A stretch of 64,000 nt of DNA from Nitrosopumilus sp. (GCA_965219345.1 OZ244732.1:768001-832000); one strand, 5' to 3'; positions 40,784-52,673 are shown, counted from the first letter of the stretch. Translations and numbers: made by a program. The notes: a model not told the origin generated them from the letters alone.

Positions 40784-40810
40784 CTAACTCTGAAGAAAAA
40801 AACCAATAAC

Positions 40811-43800
40811 ATGAATAATGAATTAGGACGCAAAATAACTAGTCTTACACTAATGACAATAATGGTCGCTGGTGGTATGACATTTGCAGCACCAGGAATG
40901 GTGCCTGCAGCTCATGCAGCCAACGCTACATTATTTGTCTCCGCAGAAAGCTCAATGTTTGAAAACATGTTCTTCGGCGCTCAAGTAATTGAGATCGTAA
41001 TATCTGATCCACTAATTGCATCATTAGATGATGCTCATGGCTCTCCCGACGTTGAAGTCAACGGCGATGATGTAGTCATGTTACAAGCATCTGATGGTTC
41101 TTGGTATGCATACATTGCAGACTCGGACTTTGCAATTATAGCTGATGAGGCTGACACCGCAGAGAACCGTACCGGTCTAAACTTTGGTTTAGCCTGTTCT
41201 AATGGTTCGGCATCAAAAGCATTCATTGACGAAGCAACAACATTTACACAAGTAGTTGATGTTTGGTTCTCTGGTAATATTTTAGCCAGTAACGCTCGCG
41301 ATGGCGATGGCGATGGCGATGGCGATACAGTTGGAATTTGTACTTCTATAGATGCAGGTGTTGATTCAGCTGCAAACATAGTAGGAAGTGCAAAGGGTGT
41401 TAACACCGTACTAGGTAATCTTGGTCAAATATCCTTAATTGATGCACACTTATGGCCATTTATTCAAACATACGACTTTAACCCAACCGGTTCAGCTGTA
41501 GTTGAATATAACAAGGCAGGAGCCAACGAACGTGTTACTCTAACTTTCGATCTAACGGATGGTATTGCAACATATACACAAGACAGAACTAATGTACCGC
41601 TCGGTGCACAAGTCCATATTGAGATTGGTGATCCAATGTTAAACTTTGATCCAACATCTTCAGATGGATTTACCTTTGACACCGATGGTGCAATAACTGT
41701 TGGTGATGGTAAAAACAATTTTGATGCTTTAGATATCGCAGAATTAGGCTTTGGACTAAATGGTGCATTTATCGTAACTGAAAACTTCACAGACGGTGAT
41801 ATTAGAATACTAGACATACAACCTAACGCTGACGGTGGAACATCTACTGATGTTGGTATATTTGAAACAGGTGCAAATACTGCAATCTTTTCAACTACTG
41901 ACGATTCAGACATCTCCACAGTTTACGTACTTTCTAACGCAACAAGAGGCCTATCAGGTATTGTTGATTATAATGATACCCCAACATCATATGTCGTAAC
42001 CCATGAATTTGGAATTATCGACATGGACGCATCAAGCGTCGGTGATGAATGGAACTCTGGTGAAGAAATGACAGTTCTTTTGGTTGATGCGGATCAAAAT
42101 CTAAACAGCTTAGCTGATGAAGATTTAGATCTTAACAATCCAGATGTAACAATCATTCCTTCACTACAAATTGGTAGTCCTTTGTCACTGACAGATGGTG
42201 CAACGGTTGAAGGTATGGTTGTAGAGGTTGATTCTTTCAGTTTTATTGGAAGAGTAAATGCTACTGTAAACAATGATGATCAAAATCTAAAAATAGATAC
42301 TGGTATCCTTGTATCTGAACTTAGATCACTAAGTGATGCCGATGGCACTGGATTTGTATATCTTAACTATGATATCAGATCACTCGTAAAAGCTCCTGTT
42401 ACTGCTATGAAAGTAATAGGTAATAATAGCGGCGGTACTAATGTTGGTACACAAGAAACTGAGGACGCTTTGAACGCTTTGAATAGCGCACAAGCTTTGC
42501 AAAGATTCCATATTACCGGAACAGATGATAATCTTGTTGAAGATGAGACTATCATTCTAGCCTTTACTACTCGTGGCAGCTTGACAGACGTACAAAAAGG
42601 TGATCCATTTGTTGTAGACTTTTTCTCCTTTGGAGATAGAGTAAACAATGCAATCTATAGATTAGAGTTGGAAGAAACTGGCGACAACACCGGTGAATTT
42701 ATCGGAAGCGTTGAATATGTCATGACCAACCAACTTAATCAAGTGGCCGCAACATATGATGGATTATCTACAATTTTGGATACTATCAGTATTATTGTAA
42801 CTGAAGATTTGACTGACGAAGATGGACCACGAATCAATTACCTTGATTTAGGTGCTGACGGAGTCTCAACTCAGATTGCAGATCAAGAAGACGCACCAAC
42901 ACATAGTGGTGTCGTTGACTTGGATCTGGATACATACAAAATTGCAGACACTGTAGTGATTACATTGACTGATATGGATCTTAATACAAATTCTGATCTA
43001 ATTGATATCTTTGTAGCACAAAATACTGGTTTAGTAGATAATCCTATTCCTTCACCAATCAACCATCTCTTGGATGTCACCTTTGACGATATTGCATATA
43101 CCGAACTTGGTAAAACTGATGGATTTGTTCTTGTAGAAACTGGCCCAGCAACTGGTACATTTACCGGTAGCTTCCAGATTCCACCTAACTTTGATCATGA
43201 CGAAGACGTAAACAGTGATCGCGTAACAACTACAGGTACAGATATCGAAGTAAACTATCAAGACCATAGAGATGCCTCTGGTGAAACTATTGAGGTAGGC
43301 GATGGTGCAGGTGTTAGAGCCAATACTGGTTCTATCTCACTTGACAGAACCGTCTATCCAGTTCCATGGGGCCTCGTAGATGACTTTGCTGATATACGCG
43401 GCAAAACAACAAACGGATACTCTATATTCCCAGTCCACGCATCCGGAATTGAGGACTCTATAGATAACCGTCAAGGCGCCGGTGAAGAAGAGATCAGCCC
43501 AGATGGCGGTGATGTGACTATACATATCAGAGTCGCAGACCCAGATCTCGATATATCCGCAGCAGGTCAAGATACTATAGAAGCTAATAGAGCACCAATT
43601 TCTGACGACAATGACCCAGTTGGCCCAGTAAAGATCACAGTATCTAGAGGTGCTGACGAACTTACTCTTGCATATGCAGGTGGTACTGATACATCTGATG
43701 ATAAAACAATCGTCGTAGGTCCAGATACCGACACTGAGGCAAGAACAATGGGACCAATAGTAGAAGTAGCAGGTGATACTGGTGTCTTCGAACTTGATTT

Positions 43801-45544
43801 CGGAATCCGATATACTGATGGCCCAGCTTCAACACTTTGTCCAGCAACAAGTACCTACACTGCCCTTAATCTATCACTCGACGATGGTTCTGCAGCTGCT
43901 AGATTTGGCGAAGAGCCACCTAGTGGTGAAGAATTCTGTATACTTCAAGGTGATATTCTCACTGTAGAGTATACTGATGAGGTTGATGCATCTGGTAATG
44001 AAAATACTGTAACTGATTCAGCAACCTTCGATCTTCGAAATGGTGTGCTACAATCAGACAAATCAGTATACATTATCGGTAGTGATATGATCCTCACTGT
44101 CATCGAACCCGATTGGGATCGTGATAATGATGGCGCAGAGACCTATGATCTCGATGCAATCGAGTGGGACTCTGATGCAGCAGTCTTATCTATGGGTGAC
44201 CGAGGACGTAACTCAGCATCATTTGACCCAGAACCCTCAGACTTGAGAGAAACAGGTGACTCTACTGGAATCTTCCAGATTGTTATCGAAATTCCAAACG
44301 AAATCGCTGGAGATAATCTAGAGAGAGGTGAGGAAATTACTCTCGAATATACTGATTGGGGACCATCTGGTGCCAGATACGTTGGACAAGAGAACGAAGA
44401 CATGCAAGTAACTGTTTACACATCAAACTTTGGAGCAACTATTGAACTTGACCAAAAAGTCTACACATGGACTGACAAAGTCTACATTACTATTGTAGCC
44501 CCTGATCACAACTTTGACGGACAACTTATCGATACAATCGGAGATACAGATGTTGACCCAATAAAGGTCTCAACTCGTCATTTCGACCTAGATCGATATA
44601 GTCTCGTTGAAACAGGAACTGATACGGGTATATTCACGGGTGAGGTAATCCTTACAGGATTCTCCCATGATTCCAATGGTGATGGCGAAGCAACTGGACC
44701 AACCGCACCTACAAGTGACGATGGTGCAGGCCCAACCGATGGTTTCCTAGAAACTCGTCATGATGACGGACTCACTGTATCCTTTGAATACTCGGAGGAT
44801 TCGACTGTAGTCGGCTCAGCATTGATTAGATGGAATATTGGTGAAGTCCAATGGCTCGAAGCAAGTTATCCAGCTAGCGGAACAGGTGTTGTAAGAATAA
44901 TTGATCCAGATCTGAACTTGAATCCAGAAGCAGTCGACAACTTTGATGTCGCTACATGGTCTGACTCCGATGCAGGAGGTATTTCCTTAACTGTAACTGA
45001 AACTAACGAAGCAACCGGAATATTCGAAGGAACTGTGTTCTTCACAACTTCCAACGAATCGTCTGGTCACAGACTTAGAGTTGCAGAAGGTGACACTGTC
45101 ACCTCAGAATATGAGGACTTTACATTACCTGATCCATACACAAGTGCAGACGAACTTGATATCACTGCCACTACGTTAATCGGTACTATTGTGCCACCTC
45201 TCGAGAGAGTATCAGCTGCTAACTTGAGAACAGTTGACGCATTCGGTAACAGCTTGGATGCTGTATCCGTTGATCAACAGGTACAAATCAGTGTTGACTT
45301 AGCTAATGGTCAGGATAGAGAGCAAGTATTTGCATACTTGGTACAGATTCAGGATGGTAACGGTGTTACGGTCTCACTCGCATGGATTACAGGTCAACTT
45401 TCAAGTGGTCAATCATTCAGCCCGGCTTTATCATGGATTCCAACCGAAGGTGGTAGCTACACAGCAACCGTATTTGTCTGGGAATCAATTGATAATCCAA
45501 CGGCATTATCACCACCAGTTAGTACAACCATAAGTGTAAGTTAA
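40811..45544 (+). CDS. Major S-layer protein (thaumarchaeal SlaA-type)
   Basis: MNNE.GRKITSLTLMTIM..GG leader, very acidic 1577 aa, repeated ETG..TG.F Ig-like units, C-terminal FVWES..NP.ALS. Confidence 0.9.
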   Translation: MNNELGRKITSLTLMTIMVAGGMTFAAPGMVPAAHAANATLFVSAESSMFENMFFGAQVIEIVISDPLIASLDDAHGSPDVEVNGDDVVMLQASDGSWYAYIADSDFAIIADEADTAENRTGLNFGLACSNGSASKAFIDEATTFTQVVDVWFSGNILASNARDGDGDGDGDTVGICTSIDAGVDSAANIVGSAKGVNTVLGNLGQISLIDAHLWPFIQTYDFNPTGSAVVEYNKAGANERVTLTFDLTDGIATYTQDRTNVPLGAQVHIEIGDPMLNFDPTSSDGFTFDTDGAITVGDGKNNFDALDIAELGFGLNGAFIVTENFTDGDIRILDIQPNADGGTSTDVGIFETGANTAIFSTTDDSDISTVYVLSNATRGLSGIVDYNDTPTSYVVTHEFGIIDMDASSVGDEWNSGEEMTVLLVDADQNLNSLADEDLDLNNPDVTIIPSLQIGSPLSLTDGATVEGMVVEVDSFSFIGRVNATVNNDDQNLKIDTGILVSELRSLSDADGTGFVYLNYDIRSLVKAPVTAMKVIGNNSGGTNVGTQETEDALNALNSAQALQRFHITGTDDNLVEDETIILAFTTRGSLTDVQKGDPFVVDFFSFGDRVNNAIYRLELEETGDNTGEFIGSVEYVMTNQLNQVAATYDGLSTILDTISIIVTEDLTDEDGPRINYLDLGADGVSTQIADQEDAPTHSGVVDLDLDTYKIADTVVITLTDMDLNTNSDLIDIFVAQNTGLVDNPIPSPINHLLDVTFDDIAYTELGKTDGFVLVETGPATGTFTGSFQIPPNFDHDEDVNSDRVTTTGTDIEVNYQDHRDASGETIEVGDGAGVRANTGSISLDRTVYPVPWGLVDDFADIRGKTTNGYSIFPVHASGIEDSIDNRQGAGEEEISPDGGDVTIHIRVADPDLDISAAGQDTIEANRAPISDDNDPVGPVKITVSRGADELTLAYAGGTDTSDDKTIVVGPDTDTEARTMGPIVEVAGDTGVFELDFGIRYTDGPASTLCPATSTYTALNLSLDDGSAAARFGEEPPSGEEFCILQGDILTVEYTDEVDASGNENTVTDSATFDLRNGVLQSDKSVYIIGSDMILTVIEPDWDRDNDGAETYDLDAIEWDSDAAVLSMGDRGRNSASFDPEPSDLRETGDSTGIFQIVIEIPNEIAGDNLERGEEITLEYTDWGPSGARYVGQENEDMQVTVYTSNFGATIELDQKVYTWTDKVYITIVAPDHNFDGQLIDTIGDTDVDPIKVSTRHFDLDRYSLVETGTDTGIFTGEVILTGFSHDSNGDGEATGPTAPTSDDGAGPTDGFLETRHDDGLTVSFEYSEDSTVVGSALIRWNIGEVQWLEASYPASGTGVVRIIDPDLNLNPEAVDNFDVATWSDSDAGGISLTVTETNEATGIFEGTVFFTTSNESSGHRLRVAEGDTVTSEYEDFTLPDPYTSADELDITATTLIGTIVPPLERVSAANLRTVDAFGNSLDAVSVDQQVQISVDLANGQDREQVFAYLVQIQDGNGVTVSLAWITGQLSSGQSFSPALSWIPTEGGSYTATVFVWESIDNPTALSPPVSTTISVS

Positions 45545-45563
45545 GACAACTAGTTCTAATTAT

Positions 45564-45580
45564 CCCTTTTCCTTTTTTTT
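45564..45580 (+). terminator. Pyrimidine/T-tract terminator after S-layer gene
   Basis: CCCTTTTCCTTTTTTTT ~20 nt after the stop. Confidence 0.55.
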
Positions 45581-45654
45581 GAATCCAACTTAACGATAGT
45601 TATGAACGATTTTTCCAGAAGTAATATCTAGTAGAACACTAATAATCAATTAAA

Positions 45655-46623
45655 ATGAAATCTCAAATTTTATTTTCCATATTGATTATTTTTTTGCTTG
45701 TAAATATCCCAAGTTCGTTTTCAGAATTAGAGCTGTTCACAAACAGCAAGGTCTATTCCACCGAACATAATTTACAAATTTACGGTAAAGGATTGCCTGA
45801 AGAAAACCTGATTCTGCGACTCTTTGCCCCTGACGCAACAATCACAAAGTTTGATCAAATTATTACAGACTCCGATGGGTCTTTTAATTATAATTTATTA
45901 AGTTGGCCAGAACCTTCCACAAATTTTCCATACGGAACATACTCGGTTGAGGTAATCAGTACTGAACAAGATGGAATCTCTAAAATAATTGATGTAAAGT
46001 TTACATCAACAACAGACTTGATTGACGTACCTGTTGAAAGACATGTTAGCACCTTGGTGTTTGCTCCTGAAACTGCTGCAATAAATCAACCATTTCGAGT
46101 TTTTGTGCAAACAACCAGTGATGGTCTTTTAATTGGAAATGAACCTGCTGAACTGCTTGGAACCACCCATGTCCATCTGCCATCCGGCCTTTCTATTTCT
46201 CTGATTAACTCATTTGATGCCTTACACCAAGGATTGTATTTTGCCGATTTTACTCCAAAGGAAGAGGGAACACATGTCTTTCATGTTGTTGCTTTTAGCC
46301 AAGGAACAACATCTCATAGCTCCGCTGCAACCAACGTTCTAACCCAAGATCTTGGCGGAATTTCTGATCAAATAATCAAACTTAACACGGTTTTAGATGA
46401 GACCTCGGGAGAGCTTGATACCCTGAAATCTGAAATTGCAGGATTTGACGCTACTATAGAACGCTCAAGCCGACAAATAGACGAAAACATTGGAACCATC
46501 TCCACTTCTGTAAAATTCATTAGTGAAGCTTCCTCCCAACTTAACGCATTGATGTTGCCAATTATTGCGTCCATTGGACTTATTGTAGCCCTACAAATTA
46601 CAATTCTTGCACGAAGAAGATAG
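45655..46623 (+). CDS. Secreted protein with coiled coil and C-terminal membrane anchor
   Basis: Signal peptide, Ig-like region, heptad coiled coil, TM plus RRR. Confidence 0.75.
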   Translation: MKSQILFSILIIFLLVNIPSSFSELELFTNSKVYSTEHNLQIYGKGLPEENLILRLFAPDATITKFDQIITDSDGSFNYNLLSWPEPSTNFPYGTYSVEVISTEQDGISKIIDVKFTSTTDLIDVPVERHVSTLVFAPETAAINQPFRVFVQTTSDGLLIGNEPAELLGTTHVHLPSGLSISLINSFDALHQGLYFADFTPKEEGTHVFHVVAFSQGTTSHSSAATNVLTQDLGGISDQIIKLNTVLDETSGELDTLKSEIAGFDATIERSSRQIDENIGTISTSVKFISEASSQLNALMLPIIASIGLIVALQITILARRR

Positions 46624-46654
46624 TTATAATAATGCTGGAAAAGAAAATTAAATA

Positions 46655-49600
46655 ATGCCCAAGGTGGCGATTTTCTTTTCTATCGTACTTTTTTCAACCA
46701 TATTGACAGGTTCTTACGCGTTTGCTTCTGGAGATATGATCCTTGAGGAAAGCATACCAAAACAAATCGAATTTAATTCAGACATAATTAAAATTGATTC
46801 TAACTTTTTTACAGAAAATAATCTCAAGCGATATCTGGTTTTTGGAACAAACCCACAAAACTCTGATTTCTTAAAAAACCATTCCTCGTACGGAATTCAC
46901 TCTAACAGTGGATTTTTCTATGTGACAGTACTTTCAGAAGACAGCGCATCAAGTTTAATCTCCAAAGGGTATGGTGTGACTGAAGATTTTAAATTAGATT
47001 TTCATTCTACCGATGAGGATCCAATTGATGCATCACGAATTGCGCAAATATCTCGTTCCGATGCCGCACAAAAAAATTATAATGTTACCGGAAATGGGAC
47101 AACAATTGCAATTATAGATACGGGAGTTGATTTTTCCAATCCAGACATTCAACATTCTCTTGCCCGAGACGACAAGAATCACCCCATAATGCTTGATCCG
47201 GATGGCCAGGGAATTATTCTAACAAATGCAACCTTCTTTGCATTTATTGACAAAGATCAACTTATCAGAAATTACGACAAACCCCTTCCTCCTGGCATGA
47301 CATCTTCAACATATGTGACAAAGCAAGGAGTTTTTCTGGATGTGTCGCAAGGAGGTATTGGTACTGAAATTTCCATCTATAACTCATTTTTTCCACAACT
47401 AGGCTCCTCAATTATCTTTAACGGAACTTTATCTGAGGACATGAAAATTGGACAAGACAGCGGAAACTACATCAAATCAAAAAGTGGAGTATACCACCTT
47501 GGTGTAATTTATCAAGGTGCCCTACAGGGGCCTCTAGCGCGAATACAAGTAGTACCCGTGCTTGTAGTTGACTCTTTCATTCCAGGAGTTTATGATACAA
47601 TAATACCTGATCTGAGTACCTCGTGGGAAGATTATACAAAGTTTGATCTAGAAAAAGGCCAAGAACCAAAATATGATTTTGATTTTACTGATGAAAAACC
47701 AATTGTACTGGGAAGTGGAAAAGAGTTTCTTGTATATGACTCAAACAGTGATGGCAAAAATGATTTTAGCGCGGGAACAGTTGGTGCACAAGTCTTGGAT
47801 GTTTATGGAGTTATACAAAACAAAACTGCAGATATTGATGATACTCTAAGAGCAATCAACGGAACATTGCTTCCCGCATTAGATCCTGACGGTGAATTTT
47901 TTGGCCTGATGACTGATTTTATGGGACATGGTACATCCAGTGCGGCATCCATTACCTCAAGAGGAATTGAAACTTATGATATCTATAACAATACCAAGAA
48001 ATATTCCATCACTGGCGTAGCTCCTGATGCAAAGATTATTCCTGTAAAGGCATTGTGGTTTGGTGATACTGTTTATGGATGGCTATGGGCAGCCGGATTC
48101 GACAATACAGAACATGATTGGAAATTTACAGGAAAGCCTAGAGTTGACATCATTTCAAACAGTTGGGGCGTATCCAACTTCCCTTCCTTAAAGACACCCC
48201 CGGGCATGGATATTCTTTCTTTGATACTTGGCGTACTTGTAACGCCTCATTCGTTGGATGATGATTATCCGGGAGTTACAATAGTTTCCAGTGCTGGAAA
48301 TTCCGGACCTGGGTATGGAACAATAGGACTGCCAACCGCATCTCCCTATGGAATTTCAGTAGGTGCAACCACCAACAATGTCTTTGTAGGTTATGGTCCA
48401 TTCAAGGATGAACCAAGATTTGGAAACACAACATCAAATTACAATGACGTAGTTGATTTCTCCAGTAAAGGCCCTGGTATTATTGGTGATCCAAAGCCAG
48501 ACTTGATGAGTATGGGAGCGCATGGATTTACCCCATCAAATGTTTTAAAGCCTGAAAAAGATTCTCGCGATGAATCATTTTCTCTGTTTGGAGGAACCAG
48601 TATGGCGGCACCTATCGTATCTGGTAGCGCAGCAATTTTGATTGAAGGTATGAAAAAACAGTCCCAGGACGTTGATCCGTTTATGATCAAAAATATTTTA
48701 ATGTCTACCGCAACTGATCTTAAAAATGATCCATTTACTCAGGGTTCCGGATTGGTTGACGTCTCTTCAGCTTTGGATTATGTTAATGGAAAAGATGGAC
48801 TGTTCATAGTATACACCGATGCATCACATGGTAACATCAAGAAAATTTTAGATCCCGTAATGGATAAAGTAAACTCAACTGCAATTGGGCTTGAAAGATT
48901 TCAACTGCCGTCCAGTTCCATTCCCATGGCCAGTTGGTTTGCGGGACAACTATTCCCTGAAGAAAGAAGCTCCGCTACTTTTACTATTGCTAATCCCTCT
49001 GAAAGTGAGATCACGATTTCCATAACGCCAAAAAAATTATCTTTAATTGCAAAAAATGAATTTGGCGGAACAACAACTGTACAACAACAGGATTCAATAC
49101 TTAACAAGTCCGGAACATATGCTCCTAATTATATCAAGCTTTCAGATGTGAAACATCATTCTACCTTAAATGAATTTTTTGATGAGACCGATCCTATTCC
49201 TGATGATTCGTCATTGATGATACTGAATGTAAATTTTCCATTTGATACGTTTATGAATGGAACTTCGGATGTCTATGCCGATGATTTCAAAATTTCTTCC
49301 TTGTATATTTACGATTGGCTAGATAACAATAACGACACAAAAATTACAAGCAATGAACTATCCTTGGTAAATAGAGCTGGTTCCTGGGGAACTGTTCAAG
49401 AACTTAGGGTCGCCGATCCAAATGAAAAATTTGAAGGAACTCCTTTGGTTGGAGTATATCCGGTCCCGACAAGATATTCATACTGGCTGGGTGATACAAA
49501 AATGAATTCCACCTCTATGGATTATACATTATCTGCAAGCTATTATCAGAAGGAAAAATGGTCTGTGCTCTGGCCTGAATCCCAAACAATTACCGTGCCT

Positions 49601-50464
49601 CCAAAAGATGTTGCTACGGTTGATGTGACATTAGTTGTTCCAACCGGTTTGCAGACAGGAGTATATCAGGGATTCCTGACTTTTGAGGGTGAAAAACATT
49701 CGGTAAATACTCCGGTATCCTTTGTAATTAAGCAACTAGTCGATCAAAATGATTCTACTGTAGTTATTCACGGCAAACAAAGTGATGATGTTCTTTATGG
49801 AAATGGATACATCAAAGGAGCATTTGATATGGCTAATCGCTATATGGCGGGAGATTGGAGACAATATTATTTTAGCATTCAAGATGAATCGATTAGTTCG
49901 GCATCGATTGAACTTTCATGGATGGCTGATGATACCAATCTGTCTGTCTTTGTAATGGATCCATCCGGGCAGATTGTTCAAACAAATGTTCCGTCTGGGG
50001 TGTTTGGCCATTTTCTGGACTGGCCTTCACTTGATTGGTTAGGCAATTCTATCTTTAGTCAAGGTGGCGGGTTCTTTCCCGTAAAAAATAAAGATGACAC
50101 ATCAACTGTTCTTTATGTTCCAATTAACCAAACTGGTACTTACGCTCTTTTGATACATTCAACATTGTTTGGAGGAAATTCTACAACAGAACCAATTACA
50201 TTAGCGGCAAAATTTACAAATATTTCATCTCAAGTTGAACAGACAGAAACAGAGTTTGAACCAAATGACCCTATTTTAAAAGACGACTCTGACACAATCT
50301 CCAAAACAAAAATTCTTCCTGATGATTCTGTTCAAACAGATAATTCTGGTTTGTCCTTTAATCTGGGAGTTACTCTTGGATTAATTACCGGAGCTGCAAT
50401 CGGGGTTGTCATCATATTCATCGTTAGACTAAAACATGAAGAAAAATTAAACAAGGTTTATTAG
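46655..50464 (+). CDS. Membrane-anchored S8 subtilisin-family serine protease
   Basis: IIDTGVD, HGT, AGNSG, GTSMAAP catalytic motifs; C-terminal TM. Confidence 0.92.
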   Translation: MPKVAIFFSIVLFSTILTGSYAFASGDMILEESIPKQIEFNSDIIKIDSNFFTENNLKRYLVFGTNPQNSDFLKNHSSYGIHSNSGFFYVTVLSEDSASSLISKGYGVTEDFKLDFHSTDEDPIDASRIAQISRSDAAQKNYNVTGNGTTIAIIDTGVDFSNPDIQHSLARDDKNHPIMLDPDGQGIILTNATFFAFIDKDQLIRNYDKPLPPGMTSSTYVTKQGVFLDVSQGGIGTEISIYNSFFPQLGSSIIFNGTLSEDMKIGQDSGNYIKSKSGVYHLGVIYQGALQGPLARIQVVPVLVVDSFIPGVYDTIIPDLSTSWEDYTKFDLEKGQEPKYDFDFTDEKPIVLGSGKEFLVYDSNSDGKNDFSAGTVGAQVLDVYGVIQNKTADIDDTLRAINGTLLPALDPDGEFFGLMTDFMGHGTSSAASITSRGIETYDIYNNTKKYSITGVAPDAKIIPVKALWFGDTVYGWLWAAGFDNTEHDWKFTGKPRVDIISNSWGVSNFPSLKTPPGMDILSLILGVLVTPHSLDDDYPGVTIVSSAGNSGPGYGTIGLPTASPYGISVGATTNNVFVGYGPFKDEPRFGNTTSNYNDVVDFSSKGPGIIGDPKPDLMSMGAHGFTPSNVLKPEKDSRDESFSLFGGTSMAAPIVSGSAAILIEGMKKQSQDVDPFMIKNILMSTATDLKNDPFTQGSGLVDVSSALDYVNGKDGLFIVYTDASHGNIKKILDPVMDKVNSTAIGLERFQLPSSSIPMASWFAGQLFPEERSSATFTIANPSESEITISITPKKLSLIAKNEFGGTTTVQQQDSILNKSGTYAPNYIKLSDVKHHSTLNEFFDETDPIPDDSSLMILNVNFPFDTFMNGTSDVYADDFKISSLYIYDWLDNNNDTKITSNELSLVNRAGSWGTVQELRVADPNEKFEGTPLVGVYPVPTRYSYWLGDTKMNSTSMDYTLSASYYQKEKWSVLWPESQTITVPPKDVATVDVTLVVPTGLQTGVYQGFLTFEGEKHSVNTPVSFVIKQLVDQNDSTVVIHGKQSDDVLYGNGYIKGAFDMANRYMAGDWRQYYFSIQDESISSASIELSWMADDTNLSVFVMDPSGQIVQTNVPSGVFGHFLDWPSLDWLGNSIFSQGGGFFPVKNKDDTSTVLYVPINQTGTYALLIHSTLFGGNSTTEPITLAAKFTNISSQVEQTETEFEPNDPILKDDSDTISKTKILPDDSVQTDNSGLSFNLGVTLGLITGAAIGVVIIFIVRLKHEEKLNKVY

Positions 50465-50488
50465 CAATTTGGCGAGAAATCAGATTGA

Positions 50489-51094
50489 ATGTCAGAGCTT
50501 GGGACAAAAAAGTCTGGCGGATTATCCCGAAGGGACTTTTTAAAGTTAATGGGTGCCGCAGGCACAGGATTAGCATTTGCTCCATTTATTCCATTTGGCA
50601 ATTTCATGCCAAACCCAAACCAGGCATCCCTTGAAAAAGTACCGGTAATCCTGCCTGATGGGACCCAGGCTAATATCAACACCTATCCGATTAATTTCTC
50701 TGAAGTGATTACATATCCGGCCACTGGTGATCCTGCACTTGATGCGGAAGCATTTCGCAAGTGGCAGTTCATTAGATTGCCTGAAGAACTAGGTGGTGCA
50801 AAAAATGATCAATCCGCTATCCGGGCATTCAGTATGATATGCCTTCATCTTTGGTGTTTGTGGAAGTATTGGCCAGACGAAGGGCGGAAGAGAGGTGAAT
50901 GTCCCTGTCATGGTAGTATGTATGATCCATCAACCGGAACAGCTTTTGTAGGTCCGGCATCAGTACAAGCTCCGCCATCAAATACGTTAGCTAAATTGGA
51001 TTTTGAAATTGACTCGGATGGATTTGTATTTATCCTACCGCCAAAGTTTGATGTAAATGAGAATGGAGTAATTGGATATGGCCGTTTCGCTTGA
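50489..51094 (+). CDS. petC: Rieske 2Fe-2S protein of complex III (Tat signal)
   Basis: SRRDFLK; CLHLWC and CPCHGSMY. Confidence 0.92.
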   Translation: MSELGTKKSGGLSRRDFLKLMGAAGTGLAFAPFIPFGNFMPNPNQASLEKVPVILPDGTQANINTYPINFSEVITYPATGDPALDAEAFRKWQFIRLPEELGGAKNDQSAIRAFSMICLHLWCLWKYWPDEGRKRGECPCHGSMYDPSTGTAFVGPASVQAPPSNTLAKLDFEIDSDGFVFILPPKFDVNENGVIGYGRFA

Positions 51095-52673
51095 AAGAAG
51101 AACTGGGATAGTTGCCCTCATTTACTGGCTTTGGGATGGCATAGATAGAACAATATTTACCGCAATCAAGTTTTCATTCCCCGCCAGATTTGTTAGTCCA
51201 TTTGGATTCTTAGGGATGCTTACCTTTGTTGTATTTATCATTCTTGGAGTTTCAGGAGCTCTACTCATGTTTTATTATCAGCCTATTCTGGATAGGGCGT
51301 GGGATAGCGTTCAATTCATCAATGATGACGTTCCATTTGGTTTCCACATAAGGAATATTCACTATCATGGTTCCAATGCAATGGTACTCTTAGCTGTTCT
51401 TCACATGTATTACCAGTTCTTTAGTGGACGATACAAAATTAGAAATGAAGTTTTATGGATGTCTGGTGTCATTCTTGGCACTGTTACTATTCTTGAGGCA
51501 TTCACCGGATATGATGTCATATTCAGTGAAAGAGCAGAACTTGCAATTAGTATTGCGGCGTCTCTGACGACATCAATTCCTGTAGTGGGACCAACTATTC
51601 GTGATGCGGCGCTTGGCAGTGGATTCTCGGACTTTGTGTTAAGATTCTATGCACAGCATGTGTTCTTGCTACCGATAGTAATGCTGGGATTAATGGCAGT
51701 CCATTTCCCAAGATTCTTGGTATTTGACGTACCTATGGTCATGGCCATTTCCGGCGCTATTCTCATTACTGGTGGGGTGTTCCCGATTGATCTGGGATTC
51801 AAATTTGAGCCGACAGTACCGCCAGGAGTAACGGTTCCTGAATGGTATCTTACAGGAATTTATGCATTCATGAGGACTCAGTATGACAAGTTTGTAACGG
51901 GACTGTTATGGCCCCTGATATTTATCACCTCACTTCTGTTTATACCGTTCCTTGACAGATACAAGAAATTCTCATGGAGGGAAAGACCAATAGTTACATC
52001 ATTTGGCATTACCAGCCTTGCCCAGATTATGGTCACTACATATTGGGGATTCTATATTTCACCTGATGTCACCATTCCGTTGGTAGAGCGTTTAGTAATT
52101 GATCCAATATTCTTCTACTCTACAATGATCTTGATGGTACCGCTAGGATTTGGATTTACATACATGATGATCAAACTTGCAAATGAATCTGAAAGAAAAT
52201 CAAAACTTGCAAAAAGTACAGGCCCGCAAAAAGTTGCCACAATCAATCTTTCTGAAAAATGGATTAACTGGCTGCTAGTTGCCTTGTTGGCATTCCAGGT
52301 ATTCCTAAACATTGCAGCATACAATGCCGCTTTGACAGGAATGAAGAACATGTCGTTATTCTTTGTTGGAATAATCTTGTTGGTGTTTGCAGCATTCTTC
52401 CATCTTTACAGATATGCTATGAGTGAGGAAAAGAATGCACCGCCACCACCTCCACCTGTTCCAGTACGGGAAGAAAAGCCAAAACTACCTGCACCAGATG
52501 CATCCGCTGGGCCAGGCAAACTTCCGGAAGGTGATACTGCATCCGAAGGAAAATCAGAACCAAAAGAATTGGTTCAAGAAGTTCCTGCGCCAAAGACCCA
52601 AGCAGATTTGGGTGTTAATGCAGATAACAATCCAAATACTGGCTCTGATGGACCTGAGGGGTTGAAGAAATGA
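51078..52673 (+). CDS. petB: Cytochrome b subunit of complex III
   Basis: RNIHYHGSN, LH, W.SGV, PEWY; Pro-rich C-tail. Confidence 0.92.
   Translation: MAVSLERRTGIVALIYWLWDGIDRTIFTAIKFSFPARFVSPFGFLGMLTFVVFIILGVSGALLMFYYQPILDRAWDSVQFINDDVPFGFHIRNIHYHGSNAMVLLAVLHMYYQFFSGRYKIRNEVLWMSGVILGTVTILEAFTGYDVIFSERAELAISIAASLTTSIPVVGPTIRDAALGSGFSDFVLRFYAQHVFLLPIVMLGLMAVHFPRFLVFDVPMVMAISGAILITGGVFPIDLGFKFEPTVPPGVTVPEWYLTGIYAFMRTQYDKFVTGLLWPLIFITSLLFIPFLDRYKKFSWRERPIVTSFGITSLAQIMVTTYWGFYISPDVTIPLVERLVIDPIFFYSTMILMVPLGFGFTYMMIKLANESERKSKLAKSTGPQKVATINLSEKWINWLLVALLAFQVFLNIAAYNAALTGMKNMSLFFVGIILLVFAAFFHLYRYAMSEEKNAPPPPPPVPVREEKPKLPAPDASAGPGKLPEGDTASEGKSEPKELVQEVPAPKTQADLGVNADNNPNTGSDGPEGLKK

Noticed and set aside
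41298-41327. (GCGATG)n in the S-layer gene
   Set aside because: In-frame hexamer giving a DGDGDGD loop; ordinary low-complexity or Ca-binding segment
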